From the NCBI GenBank assembly GCA_965612735.1, contig CBFDSV010000002.1, positions 8,988 to 72,987 on the forward strand: a stretch of DNA of 64,000 nucleotides. Reading direction: 5' to 3'. The DNA comes from an uncultured bacterium. Its GTDB lineage: Bacteria; Hydrothermota; UBA3072; B12-G15. The position numbers were made by a program, and so were the translations under genes. The first letter of the stretch is position 1. Every line of letters begins with the position of its first letter. The notes below the pieces were generated by a model that was not told the DNA's origin, did no database searches, and was given only the letters and a program-made list of their open reading frames with translations. This document shows, piece by piece, positions 1-9,422 of this stretch.

Positions 1-1
1 G

Positions 2-553
2 TTCCATTTAACAGATATACTACCTGAAATAACGGATAAAAAACTCACCTTAAAATACCGGGTTTATATAGAGGACAGCCAAAAATATGATTATGGTTTC
101 ACACTCAATCTGGAACCAGAAAAAGGCGGAGCCATACTTACACTCACATCAAAAAATGGAAAGTTATTAATGGCAAAGATTGATAAAAGAGGCAATCCCA
201 GACTAATGTATCTTGATAACAAGACAGAGATACCCATAAAAACCAATATTTCATCCGGACTGGAAAAGATTGGAGAAAGTGATGGAGTTATTGAAATCAA
301 GGGAAAGAAATACAACACCCATATTGAGGCATACAAAGGCAATTCAATCCATTCCATTGAGAAGGGCAATCTGAAACTCATAACAAATATAGATACAGAG
401 AAAAGGGTTTATAAAGAAAGAGATACAAATATTATCGTTAAAATAGAGATAATAAAACACATAGAACAAACGACAATAAATATTTTGAAACCCGATCAGG
501 TGATATTAAAAAGAAAATCAACAATCACAGAGATAGTGCAACTGGAAGAATAA
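2..553 (+). CDS. C-terminal part of a hypothetical protein; the gene starts upstream of the window
   Basis: The frame of the listed 170..553 ORF is open back to nt 2 with no stop. No recognisable motif. Confidence 0.45.
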   Translation, partial: FHLTDILPEITDKKLTLKYRVYIEDSQKYDYGFTLNLEPEKGGAILTLTSKNGKLLMAKIDKRGNPRLMYLDNKTEIPIKTNISSGLEKIGESDGVIEIKGKKYNTHIEAYKGNSIHSIEKGNLKLITNIDTEKRVYKERDTNIIVKIEIIKHIEQTTINILKPDQVILKRKSTITEIVQLEE

Positions 554-613
554 AATATCCGAATTTTATAAATATTAGCAGAAAGAAAAGGTATAAATTC
601 CCTAAATTTATAA

Positions 614-641
614 TTGACAAAAAATTTACATAAAATATTAT
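614..641 (+). promoter_or_regulatory. Sigma70-type promoter, apparently leaderless, for the 648 gene
   Basis: TTGACA (614-619), 16 nt, TATTAT (636-641), 6 nt, then ATG at 648. No Shine-Dalgarno (SD) sequence. Confidence 0.45.
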
Positions 642-647
642 TATTCC

Positions 648-1586
648 ATGCTGGTTGAACCCTACTCAAAAAAAATGGAAGAGGAATGGGACAGTTTTGT
701 ATGGAAAAGCGCCTCTGGAACAATATTCCATACACGACGTTTCCTCTCCTATCACCCACCAGAGAGGTTCAGGGACAACAGTCTTGTATTCAGGGAGAAA
801 AACATAATTGCCCTTTTCCCGGCTGTTGACCTTGAAGGCGTCCTTTTCTCCCACAGAGGTGCATCCTACGGAGGGTTTGTCTATATGGATAATCTATCCA
901 TAAAAAACTCCTTCAAACTAATTGAATCACTGATTGATTATGCAAAAAAACATGGATTCAGGCGCATTGAAATGACTCTCCCTCCCCTTATCTATCTCCA
1001 GAGGCCAAACAACTACCTTGATTTTGTCATGATGAAAGAGGGATTTAAATACAGAAAAAGGGAACTCACTGCATATATCCCCATTACAGATGACCCGTTC
1101 TCCCTGTTCAAGCAGGAGGCAAGAACAGCAACAAGGAAGGCAATGAAGGAAGGTTTGACAGTTGAATTTAGTGATGACTTCGCATCATTTTATGAGATAC
1201 TCAAAAAGAACCTTAGGATGAGGCACAATGTTAAACCAACCCACACACTTGACGAGTTATTAAAATTAAAATCCCTCTTCCCGGATAGAATATGGCTGAA
1301 TGCCGTTTATCTTAAAGGTAGAATGATAGCAGGAACTGTGATATTTGAAACAAATCAGAGGGTAGCACTTGCCTTTTACATATCCCATGATGATAATTTT
1401 CAGAAGTACAGACCTGTGAATTTTCTGTTCTATGATACATTGAAAAAATGCAAAGAAAAGGGATTCCAGTACCTTGACCTTGGAACTTTCACACTGAACA
1501 TGGAACCAAATATGGGGCTTGGAAGGTTCAAGGAGAGTCTGGGTGCAAGAGGACTCTTCAGGGATACGCTCTATATAGACCTATAA
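648..1586 (+). CDS. FemAB-like / GNAT-superfamily acyltransferase (peptidoglycan or polysaccharide modification)
   Basis: 312 aa. The N-terminal W..F......IFH..RF pattern and size are typical of FemAB/BioF2-like acetyltransferases. Stop overlaps the start of the flippase gene (TAATG). Confidence 0.5.
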   Translation: MLVEPYSKKMEEEWDSFVWKSASGTIFHTRRFLSYHPPERFRDNSLVFREKNIIALFPAVDLEGVLFSHRGASYGGFVYMDNLSIKNSFKLIESLIDYAKKHGFRRIEMTLPPLIYLQRPNNYLDFVMMKEGFKYRKRELTAYIPITDDPFSLFKQEARTATRKAMKEGLTVEFSDDFASFYEILKKNLRMRHNVKPTHTLDELLKLKSLFPDRIWLNAVYLKGRMIAGTVIFETNQRVALAFYISHDDNFQKYRPVNFLFYDTLKKCKEKGFQYLDLGTFTLNMEPNMGLGRFKESLGARGLFRDTLYIDL

Positions 1587-2965
1587 TGGGTAAGGTAAGA
1601 AGGCTTTTCAAACATACAGCAGTATACAGTATTGGTTTATTCCTGAAAAAGGCCATTGGTTTTTTTCTCATACCTATCTACACAAGGGTTCTTCCTCCAT
1701 CAGAATACGGAATACTTGCGCTTTCATATTTATTTGTCTCATTCTCACTTTTATTTTCTGCACTTGGCCTGAATACGGCATTCTTCAAGTGGTTCACCAG
1801 TGAAGGCAGGGAGAAAGAGGCTGCCAGCACCCTCTTGTGGTTCAAGATATTCATCATATCCCCTGTGCTTTTAATTTTTATGATATTTTCTAAACCAATC
1901 TCACTTCTGGTTTTCAGAAAATCCCTTCCAGAACTCATTATCCTATCCATACTCATTGTCATAACAGAGAATATAGCAACTTTCTTCACACTGATTCTCA
2001 GGGCTGAGGAGAAATCATTTGCATATGTTCTGGTGAACACAGTGAGATTCCTTCTGAATATGGGGCTCAACATTGTGTTTGTTGTTGTTTATAGACTTGG
2101 TGTGAAAGGGATACTCCTTGGTGACCTTATCTCCCTTGTATTCCTCATAATCCTTGCCTTACCATTTGTGTTCAAACACTTTACCTGGACACTTGATAGA
2201 GAACTCTTGAGGAAAATGTTTGGATATGGTCTTCCACTTCTTCCTCTAACCCTCATAATGCTCCTCCTGGAACTCTCGGACAGGTACCTGATAAACATCT
2301 TCAGGGGCACAGGCGAGGCAGGAATATACACACTCGGTTATCAATTTGGTACAATACTTCAACTCTTCATTCTTGGATTCAGGTTTGCATGGGAACCATT
2401 CTTCTTCAAGAATCCAGAGGAAAAGGAACTATTCAGCAGGGCAGGACTCCTTTTCTTGAGGATTGGACTCTTTATGTGGACAGGGCTTGTATTCCTTCTC
2501 CCTGAGATTTTCAAAATCTTTGTCTCCCCTGTTTACCATTCTTCAATGGCTGTTGTCTCTGTTGTTGCAGCAGGATACATCTTCTTTGGTCTCCATGAGG
2601 TCTTCTCTGCTCCTTTTTTCATACATTCAAGAACAAAGCTGCTGATCCCCATTGCAGGTGCATCATTCCTGCTCAACTTCCTGCTGAACCTCTACTTTAT
2701 CCCAAGATGGGGGGGGATGGGTGCTGCCTTCACAACCCTGCTATCCTACTTTGTCCTTGCCATTCTATCGTATATCTATGCACAGAAAATAATGAGGGTT
2801 CCTCACAAACTCACTGCAATCACAATTGACACAGTTGTTACATTCCTGATTTATGTACTTCTAAAGGATACAGGACTCATTGTAAGGCTTTCTGCCATAC
2901 TTATCGTATCAATATATCTGTATTTAAGGTCATTCAATATGAATCTAAAGGTAAAGCATAGGTAA
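1586..2965 (+). CDS. Wzx-like oligosaccharide/polysaccharide flippase (MOP superfamily)
   Basis: 459 aa, about 12-14 hydrophobic helices. The N-terminal FKHTAVYSIG..L.K..GFFL.PIYTR pattern is typical of polysaccharide biosynthesis protein family members. Confidence 0.75.
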   Translation: MGKVRRLFKHTAVYSIGLFLKKAIGFFLIPIYTRVLPPSEYGILALSYLFVSFSLLFSALGLNTAFFKWFTSEGREKEAASTLLWFKIFIISPVLLIFMIFSKPISLLVFRKSLPELIILSILIVITENIATFFTLILRAEEKSFAYVLVNTVRFLLNMGLNIVFVVVYRLGVKGILLGDLISLVFLIILALPFVFKHFTWTLDRELLRKMFGYGLPLLPLTLIMLLLELSDRYLINIFRGTGEAGIYTLGYQFGTILQLFILGFRFAWEPFFFKNPEEKELFSRAGLLFLRIGLFMWTGLVFLLPEIFKIFVSPVYHSSMAVVSVVAAGYIFFGLHEVFSAPFFIHSRTKLLIPIAGASFLLNFLLNLYFIPRWGGMGAAFTTLLSYFVLAILSYIYAQKIMRVPHKLTAITIDTVVTFLIYVLLKDTGLIVRLSAILIVSIYLYLRSFNMNLKVKHR

Positions 2966-3072
2966 AATGGACTGTGAAAATTTTCTCAAGAAAGGGCTTT
3001 TTTTAAAAAAAACACTTGACTAAAAATTGTATTCATATATCTTATTAAAAAAATCAGAAAGGAGGTGTGTAT

Positions 3073-3312
3073 ATGAAGAAACTCATGATGGTGTTCCTTG
3101 CACTTGGGTTACTTGCAGGATGCACCAAGTATGCTTCCCAGGAACAACTTGATGAACTGAATGCAAAGAAGCAGGAGGTTGCCACATTGAAGACAGAGAT
3201 AACCCAGACACAGGAACAGAAGGCGACACTTGAGGCACAGAGAGACTCACTGAAGGCAGAGATTGATAAACTGGAAGCGAAAATCCAGGAACTGGAAGCA
3301 AAGTTAAAGTAA
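3073..3312 (+). CDS. Small coiled-coil lipoprotein ending in Lys (Lpp-like)
   Basis: GGAGG lies 7 nt upstream of ATG 3073; the tracked GTG 3067 is less likely. Lipobox LLAGC. The mature ~63-aa part is a heptad-rich helix ending ...EAKLK. Confidence 0.7.
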   Translation: MKKLMMVFLALGLLAGCTKYASQEQLDELNAKKQEVATLKTEITQTQEQKATLEAQRDSLKAEIDKLEAKIQELEAKLK

Positions 3313-3322
3313 GGAGGGAGAG

Positions 3323-3763
3323 ATGAAAAGATTTGTACTAATAGTTCTTGCCCTTCTTCTGGTGGTTTCCTTTGGTCTGAATGCACAGGAAGAGAATAAG
3401 AAACTGAAACCAGATGAGGCAGAGCAGTTAATTCAACAGTACACACAGCAGGCCGAGCAACTCAAAGCACAACTTGACCAGGAGAAGGCAACTGTAACAG
3501 ATCTTCAGGCTGAGGTTGATTCTCTCAAAAATGTTATTGATGAATTAAATGCAAAGATTGCTGAACTCGAAAAGCAAATAGAGGAACAGAGTTATTATGT
3601 TGTTAAGCCAGGCGATTGGCTTTCCAAACTTGCAGAGTATCCAGATGTCTACGGGCATGGGAACTATGCAAGATGGAGAGAAATCTATAAAGCAAATAAG
3701 GATTTAATTCAGGATCCCGACCTTATATTACCAGGTTGGAAACTGAAGATTCCCCGTCCATAA
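3323..3763 (+). CDS. Secreted coiled-coil protein with a C-terminal LysM peptidoglycan-binding domain
   Basis: Signal peptide (MKRFVLIVLALLLVVSFGLNA), ~70-aa coiled coil, then LysM (YVVKPGDWLSKLA...ILPGWKLKIP). Confidence 0.8.
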   Translation: MKRFVLIVLALLLVVSFGLNAQEENKKLKPDEAEQLIQQYTQQAEQLKAQLDQEKATVTDLQAEVDSLKNVIDELNAKIAELEKQIEEQSYYVVKPGDWLSKLAEYPDVYGHGNYARWREIYKANKDLIQDPDLILPGWKLKIPRP

Positions 3764-3791
3764 GAAGTGAAAAAAAACTGAAAAATACAGA

Positions 3792-3829
3792 GGCAGCCCC
3801 TGGAAAATTCCAGTGGGCTGTCTATTTTT
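3792..3829 (+). terminator. Rho-independent terminator candidate after the LysM gene
   Basis: Imperfect hairpin GGCAGCCCCTGG-aaaatt-CCAGTGGGCTGTC followed by TATTTTT. Confidence 0.45.
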
Positions 3830-3832
3830 AAA

Positions 3833-4768
3833 ATGAAGGAGAAAAAAGAAGAATACAAAAAAGAAATAATCACACACAGCATCTTTACCCTGCTTGGCAA
3901 AGAGGACGAAAACCTTCCTGTGCTTGAAAAAAACCTTGGGGTCAGGATCTTCTCAAGGGGAGAAAGAATTGTGCTTAAAGGGGCAAAGGAGGATGTAGAA
4001 AAGGCAGGGGTAAAACTTGAAAAACTTCTCAAAGATATTGGGGGGAGGAAATACATATCAAAGGAAGAAATAAACTTCCTTCTGTCAGAGGATAAGAAAG
4101 TTACAGCAGAAGGTATTGTCCTGCCAAGGAAGATAATAAGACCACGTACAGGGAATCAGGCACACTACCTTGAAATGATTGAAAAGAACTCTGTTGTATT
4201 TGCAATTGGTCCTGCAGGGACTGGGAAAACATACCTTGCTGTTGCAGCTGCAGTCTCATATCTTTTGAGGAAGAGGGTTTCAAGAATAGTCTTAACCAGA
4301 CCTGCTGTTGAAGCAGGAGAAAGCCTTGGATTCCTTCCTGGAGGATTTATTGAAAAGGTTGACCCATACCTGCGTCCACTTTACGATGCACTCTATGATA
4401 TGCTCCCTGCTGACAGGGTTAAACGCTATATAGATAATGGAACCATTGAGATAGCACCCCTTGCATTCATGAGGGGAAGAACCCTGAACGATGCATTCGT
4501 AATACTTGATGAGGCACAGAATACAACACATATACAGATGAAGATGATGCTCACAAGGATAGGTGAAAACTCCAGACTTGTTGTTACTGGAGATATAACC
4601 CAGGTTGACCTGCCTGAAACATCCTTCTCCGGACTGATTGAGATTCAGGAAATCCTGAAGGATGTTGATGGAGTGGTGTTCGTGTACCTCTCCAACAAAG
4701 ACGTGGTAAGGAATGACCTGGTAAGAAAAATAGTGAAGGCCTATGAAGAATACGAAAAGGATAAATAA
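3833..4768 (+). CDS. phoH: PhoH-like ATPase (YbeZ/PhoH family)
   Basis: Walker A GPAGTGKTYLAVA and the ILDEAQN motif. Conserved synteny with ybeY. Confidence 0.9.
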   Translation: MKEKKEEYKKEIITHSIFTLLGKEDENLPVLEKNLGVRIFSRGERIVLKGAKEDVEKAGVKLEKLLKDIGGRKYISKEEINFLLSEDKKVTAEGIVLPRKIIRPRTGNQAHYLEMIEKNSVVFAIGPAGTGKTYLAVAAAVSYLLRKRVSRIVLTRPAVEAGESLGFLPGGFIEKVDPYLRPLYDALYDMLPADRVKRYIDNGTIEIAPLAFMRGRTLNDAFVILDEAQNTTHIQMKMMLTRIGENSRLVVTGDITQVDLPETSFSGLIEIQEILKDVDGVVFVYLSNKDVVRNDLVRKIVKAYEEYEKDK

Positions 4769-6728
4769 AGAGCGTATAATCTTCATTATACTGCTTTTTC
4801 TGATACTGGATTTGTTCTTCCCTCTCAGATTCAGTCGTATATCATTAAAACTCGGGGACATTGCCAAGTACGATGTTGTTGCCCCGTTCTCATTCCCCGT
4901 GCTTAAAGACAGGGAGACACTTGAAAAGGAAAGAACATCAGCCGCCCTGTCCATTGCACCTGTATTACGAAAGGTTGATGTTTCAGAAGAGAACATAAAG
5001 TTGTTAAAAAGGATTTCCAGAAAATACCCATTTCTGAAAAAACCAGTCCTCTATGTGTGGGAAAAAGGAATAGTTTTTGATAAATCCTCACTTCCAGAAA
5101 GCAAAAACTCACAGTATGAAATAATCTCTTCCAGAGGCTCTTCAATCGTGCCAATAAACAAATTTTTCTCATATAATGAGGCTGTGAACTACATCAAGGC
5201 AAAGTGCATGCAGAGATACAGGGATACCCTTATTTGCAGTAAAGTCATTAAAGAGGTCGAGCCCTTGCTCCAACCCAACCTCCTCCTTGACATCACAGAG
5301 ACCCAGAAAAGAAGGGAAGCAGCACGCAACAGGGTTCCTGAAGAGATAGGCTATGTAAAAAAGGGTGAAATAATAATACGTTCCCATGACATAGTTGATG
5401 AAGAAACTCTTCAGAAACTCCACTCCCTCCAGTATGCAGAAAACAATCTTTACAGAATTCAGAGGTTCAGACTCTTCTTCAGAGCCCAGATGCTCCTTCT
5501 CCTCCTCTCAATAGTCCTTGTACTTCTGATTGATGAATTGTGGAAGAATACATATCCATTATCAAAAAAGAGGAATGTTGTTCTTTTACTCACCTTCATC
5601 TTCCTGTTATTCTTCAGGTTTGTCAGGTTTATAGACCTTGCCTATCTTTTTCCTCTTGCAGCCGCATCAATGGTGCTTTCAATGGAAGGTGGAATATCAA
5701 CAGGTATTGTTTACAGTGTCTTCCTCATGGGGGCAATCTACATATATAATCCTGTTGAAAATGTTTACACAATACCTCTCCTTATAAGTGGAATATACGG
5801 TGCTGTGCTCTCAAGGAAGTTGAGGAGCATGAACGACCTGATAAAGATGGGCATATTTATAAGCATACTAACAATGTTCTTCACCCTTGGTAATGAACTC
5901 CTCACAGGGACAAAAACATTGAAACTTTTCTATCACATTGCAAGTGCCCTTGCAAATGGAGGAATCTCCATTGTTGTCCTTGTTGGTCTGCTGGTGCTGT
6001 TTGAGAGGATTTTTCACATATCCACAAACTTCACCTACCTTGAATTATCTAACCTCAACCATCCTCTTTTAAGAGACCTGTCAATAAAGGCACCTGGGAC
6101 GTATCACCACAGTATTATGGTTGGAAACCTTGGAGAAGCAGCAGCAGAGGCAATAGGTGCAAATGATATGCTGGCAAGGGTTGGTGGGTACTTCCACGAT
6201 ATTGGTAAGATGGAGAGACCTGAATACTTTATTGAGAATCAGGAAGGTGGTTTCAACCCCCATGATGAACTTCCTCCAAAGTTATCTGTTGCCATTCTTA
6301 AGTCCCACGTATCTGAAGGTGTTGAACTCGGGAAAAAACACCATCTGCCTGAACCTATTATTAAAATAATACTTGAGCACCATGGAACATCTCTGATTAA
6401 ACCCTTCTTTGAAAAGGCCAGGGATATATATGATACTGTACAAGAGGAAGACTTCAGGTACGACGGACCAGTGCCATCCTCAAAGGAATCAGCCATCATA
6501 ATGCTTGCAGACTCTGTTGAGGCTGCTGTAAAGAGCGTTGAAACTTCAGGGGAAGAAGAGGTAAGGAAGGTTGTTGAGAAAATCTTTGAAATAAAAATGA
6601 AGGAGAATCAACTTGACAATGCGGGGCTTTCCATCACTGAACTGAAAACAATTATGGATGTCTTTGTAAAGAGGCTTAAGGCTGCAAGGCACAAAAGGAC
6701 AAGTTATCCAAGGGTGGAGTTGAAATAA
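4743..6728 (+). CDS. pgpH: 7TM-receptor HD phosphohydrolase (PgpH/YqfF family, cyclic-di-AMP phosphodiesterase-like)
   Basis: 661 aa. Extracytoplasmic N-domain, ~7 TM helices, C-terminal HD domain (HHSIMVGNL...YFHDIGK). Confidence 0.85.
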   Translation: MKNTKRINKERIIFIILLFLILDLFFPLRFSRISLKLGDIAKYDVVAPFSFPVLKDRETLEKERTSAALSIAPVLRKVDVSEENIKLLKRISRKYPFLKKPVLYVWEKGIVFDKSSLPESKNSQYEIISSRGSSIVPINKFFSYNEAVNYIKAKCMQRYRDTLICSKVIKEVEPLLQPNLLLDITETQKRREAARNRVPEEIGYVKKGEIIIRSHDIVDEETLQKLHSLQYAENNLYRIQRFRLFFRAQMLLLLLSIVLVLLIDELWKNTYPLSKKRNVVLLLTFIFLLFFRFVRFIDLAYLFPLAAASMVLSMEGGISTGIVYSVFLMGAIYIYNPVENVYTIPLLISGIYGAVLSRKLRSMNDLIKMGIFISILTMFFTLGNELLTGTKTLKLFYHIASALANGGISIVVLVGLLVLFERIFHISTNFTYLELSNLNHPLLRDLSIKAPGTYHHSIMVGNLGEAAAEAIGANDMLARVGGYFHDIGKMERPEYFIENQEGGFNPHDELPPKLSVAILKSHVSEGVELGKKHHLPEPIIKIILEHHGTSLIKPFFEKARDIYDTVQEEDFRYDGPVPSSKESAIIMLADSVEAAVKSVETSGEEEVRKVVEKIFEIKMKENQLDNAGLSITELKTIMDVFVKRLKAARHKRTSYPRVELK

Positions 6729-7126
6729 TGAAGAAAATCTATCTGAATGTTCTCCCTGAATATAAAGAGGAACTGGAAAAGAAGGCAAAAGAGGTGATGA
6801 AAGGAGAAGGCCTTGAAGGAGAGGTGAGCATCACACTTGTGGATGATACCTTCATGGAGAAACTGAATTTTGAATACAAGGGTAAAAAGGGAACAACAGA
6901 TGTTATTGCATTCCCATTCAAAGAGGGAGAGGACAGTGAATTTTCTGGTAATCTCCTGGGCGATATATACATATCCATTGAGCAGGCATCAAGACAAAAG
7001 GTGGGTTCTTTGCTTGATGAATTGAAATTGCTTGTCGTTCACGGACTTCTCCACCTTGCGGGATACAATGATACAACCGATGAGGAGAGAAAAATCATGA
7101 GGAAAAAGGAGGCTGAGTATCTGTGA
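6728..7126 (+). CDS. ybeY: rRNA maturation endoribonuclease YbeY
   Basis: 132 aa with the HGLLHLAGYND zinc motif. Sits in the phoH-pgpH-ybeY order known from Bacillus. Confidence 0.9.
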   Translation: MKKIYLNVLPEYKEELEKKAKEVMKGEGLEGEVSITLVDDTFMEKLNFEYKGKKGTTDVIAFPFKEGEDSEFSGNLLGDIYISIEQASRQKVGSLLDELKLLVVHGLLHLAGYNDTTDEERKIMRKKEAEYL

Positions 7127-8286
7127 TTATTCCTCTTGTGTCCATTGTTATACTTCTCTTCTTCTCATTCCTTTATTCATCCTCTGAAACCGCCTATTTT
7201 TCTCTCCATCCATACAAACTTGTTTACTACAGAACAAGGGGAAGAATATTCAAGAGACTTCTCCAGTCACCAAGAAGGCTTCTGATAACAATCCTTCTTG
7301 CAAATACAACCGTTAATGTGATTATATCCGCCCTATCTGAAAGGATTCTCAAGGAAAGACTTTCCTTCTTCCTTATCACTCTCTTAACAACCTACATCCT
7401 GCTCCTGTTTGGTGAATACATTCCAAAGGTTTTTGCAATCAATAAGAAGGAACGCATTATAAATCTTTTCACACCGCCCATGTATCTAACTTATACAATT
7501 GCCTATCCCTTCTCCTTCCTGTTCAGTTTCTTCCTGAGGTTCATTGACAGGGGCAAGAAGAGGGAAGAACATGTGCTTGAGGATATGCTTGAGATTGGAT
7601 TAAAGGAAGGAGCACTCCAGGAGGTTGAATTCAAGTTCTCAGAGGCATTCATTACACTATCAAAGGAAAGGGCAAAAAACATAATGAGGCCAAGGACAGA
7701 GATATTCTTTGCCCAGGAAAATAAAACATGCGAAGAGGTTTTGAAGTCTGCACCCATTGGAATCAAAAGGATTCCTGTTTATAAAGACAATATTGACAAT
7801 ATAACCGGTATCCTTGAACTCAAATGCATATTTGGTGAGAAGGGAAGGATAAAGAAATTTGTAAAACCCGCTGTTTTTGTGAATGAAGAGACGGATGTGG
7901 TTGAATTGCTCCTTTTCTTCAAGAGAACAAAACACAAGGCTGTAATGGTTGTTGATGAATATGGAGGAATATCAGGGATTGTGGATATTGAAGATGTTGA
8001 AAGAATGTTCCTGAGAAGCCTGGGTGAGAAAGATCCGGATATAAAAAAGGTAGGAGAAGATGAATGGATTGTTGATGGAAGGGTTCCCATATACAAAATA
8101 AATGAACTTCTTCACTCTGATATTGAGGCGTCTGAATTCACAACCATATCAGGGCTCATACTCTACCACATAGGAAGAGTACCCTCTGAGGGTGAAAGAT
8201 TCTCCTTCAAGGATATGATAATAACTGTAGAGCATGTGAAAGGACAGAGGATAGAAAAGTTAAGGATAAAGAAGAGGAAGACATGA
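7123..8286 (+). CDS. CNNM/CorC-family (hemolysin-like) transporter: DUF21, CBS pair and CorC_HlyC domains
   Basis: 387 aa. N-terminal 4 TM with a GE.IPK motif, CBS pair, C-terminal transporter-associated domain. Confidence 0.85.
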   Translation: MIIPLVSIVILLFFSFLYSSSETAYFSLHPYKLVYYRTRGRIFKRLLQSPRRLLITILLANTTVNVIISALSERILKERLSFFLITLLTTYILLLFGEYIPKVFAINKKERIINLFTPPMYLTYTIAYPFSFLFSFFLRFIDRGKKREEHVLEDMLEIGLKEGALQEVEFKFSEAFITLSKERAKNIMRPRTEIFFAQENKTCEEVLKSAPIGIKRIPVYKDNIDNITGILELKCIFGEKGRIKKFVKPAVFVNEETDVVELLLFFKRTKHKAVMVVDEYGGISGIVDIEDVERMFLRSLGEKDPDIKKVGEDEWIVDGRVPIYKINELLHSDIEASEFTTISGLILYHIGRVPSEGERFSFKDMIITVEHVKGQRIEKLRIKKRKT

Positions 8287-9422
8287 TAATACCATTAGTA
8301 ATACTGCTTTTCATCATATTCTTCAACTCATCGGAGATTGCCTTTGTCTCCTCTAATAAACTCTCCCTTATGAAGGAGAAGGATAACGGCTCAATCCAGA
8401 GACTCACCTGGCGGTTGTACTCCACACCTGAAATATACTTTTCAACGGTCCTCGTGGGAATCAACCTCTCCCTTGTGATTTTTTCCGTATATATGGCAGA
8501 GAGAAACTCTGTGCTTGAAACAACCCTTCTCACAACCTTCATAGTCCTTATATTTGGAGAGATACTTCCAAAGGTCTTCACACTGAAAAAACCTGAAAAA
8601 CTGGCGTATATCTTTTCACTCCCCCTTTATATCTTTTACTTCGTCTTTTATCCAATAATCTTCCTCGTAAAATATCCATCCTTCCTATTCTTAAAACTCA
8701 TGAGGGTTGATGTTAAGGATAAAAACATAAGCCGTACTGAAATTGAGGTGGTTCTCAGGGAGAACCTTGTTAAGGGTGTGATGAAGAAGTCCGAATATGC
8801 AGTTCTGAGGAATGTTATATCCTTGAGTAAAAAGAATGTTGCCGATGTTATGATACCAAGGATTAATATTGTTTCATCCGACATCAAAGATGGAAGAAAC
8901 GGCGTGATTGAAGCATTCAGGAAACACAGGTTCACAAGAATTCCAATATATAGAGAGAATATTGACAATATCCTTGGTATTGTTAATGTAAGAGAGGTTT
9001 TCCAATATCCTGACAAGGATATACAGATACTTATAAAACCCGTGAGATTTGTTCCTGAAGACAAAACCTGTGATGTTGTACTTTTTGAACTACTTTATGA
9101 TGCAAACAAGGCAGCAATTGTGATTGATGAGTATGGTGGTACTGCAGGATTCATAACCCTTGATGACATTTTCACAAACCTTGTTGGTGAGGTGATTGAC
9201 ATAAAGAAGGAACTCTCAGGGGCATTCATACTCAAAGGTGATACAAGGATAAACGCTCTTGGAATAGAAGATGAGGAGGAGGATACGATTGCTGGATACA
9301 TTATAAGGCATACAGGAAGGATACCCACAGAGGGAGAGGAGATAGATATTGGTGAGTTAAGGTTCAAGATACTTGATGCAACAGATAGGAAAATCAAAAA
9401 GGTGCAGGTGTCAAGGCTATGA
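8283..9422 (+). CDS. Second CNNM/CorC-family transporter (tandem paralog)
   Basis: 379 aa with the same architecture (GEILPK, CBS pair, CorC_HlyC). 4-nt overlap with the preceding gene. Confidence 0.85.
   Translation: MIIPLVILLFIIFFNSSEIAFVSSNKLSLMKEKDNGSIQRLTWRLYSTPEIYFSTVLVGINLSLVIFSVYMAERNSVLETTLLTTFIVLIFGEILPKVFTLKKPEKLAYIFSLPLYIFYFVFYPIIFLVKYPSFLFLKLMRVDVKDKNISRTEIEVVLRENLVKGVMKKSEYAVLRNVISLSKKNVADVMIPRINIVSSDIKDGRNGVIEAFRKHRFTRIPIYRENIDNILGIVNVREVFQYPDKDIQILIKPVRFVPEDKTCDVVLFELLYDANKAAIVIDEYGGTAGFITLDDIFTNLVGEVIDIKKELSGAFILKGDTRINALGIEDEEEDTIAGYIIRHTGRIPTEGEEIDIGELRFKILDATDRKIKKVQVSRL

Noticed and set aside
3800-3832. Leaderless-type promoter for phoH
   Set aside because: phoH lacks an SD and TATTTT lies 4 nt upstream, but the best -35 (TGGAAA) is poor and overlaps the terminator hairpin. 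Evidence is too weak to list with the six clearer cases.
4292-4996. 234-aa minus-strand ORF
   Set aside because: It runs antisense to phoH and pgpH, which have unambiguous motifs. Its composition is typical of a shadow ORF.
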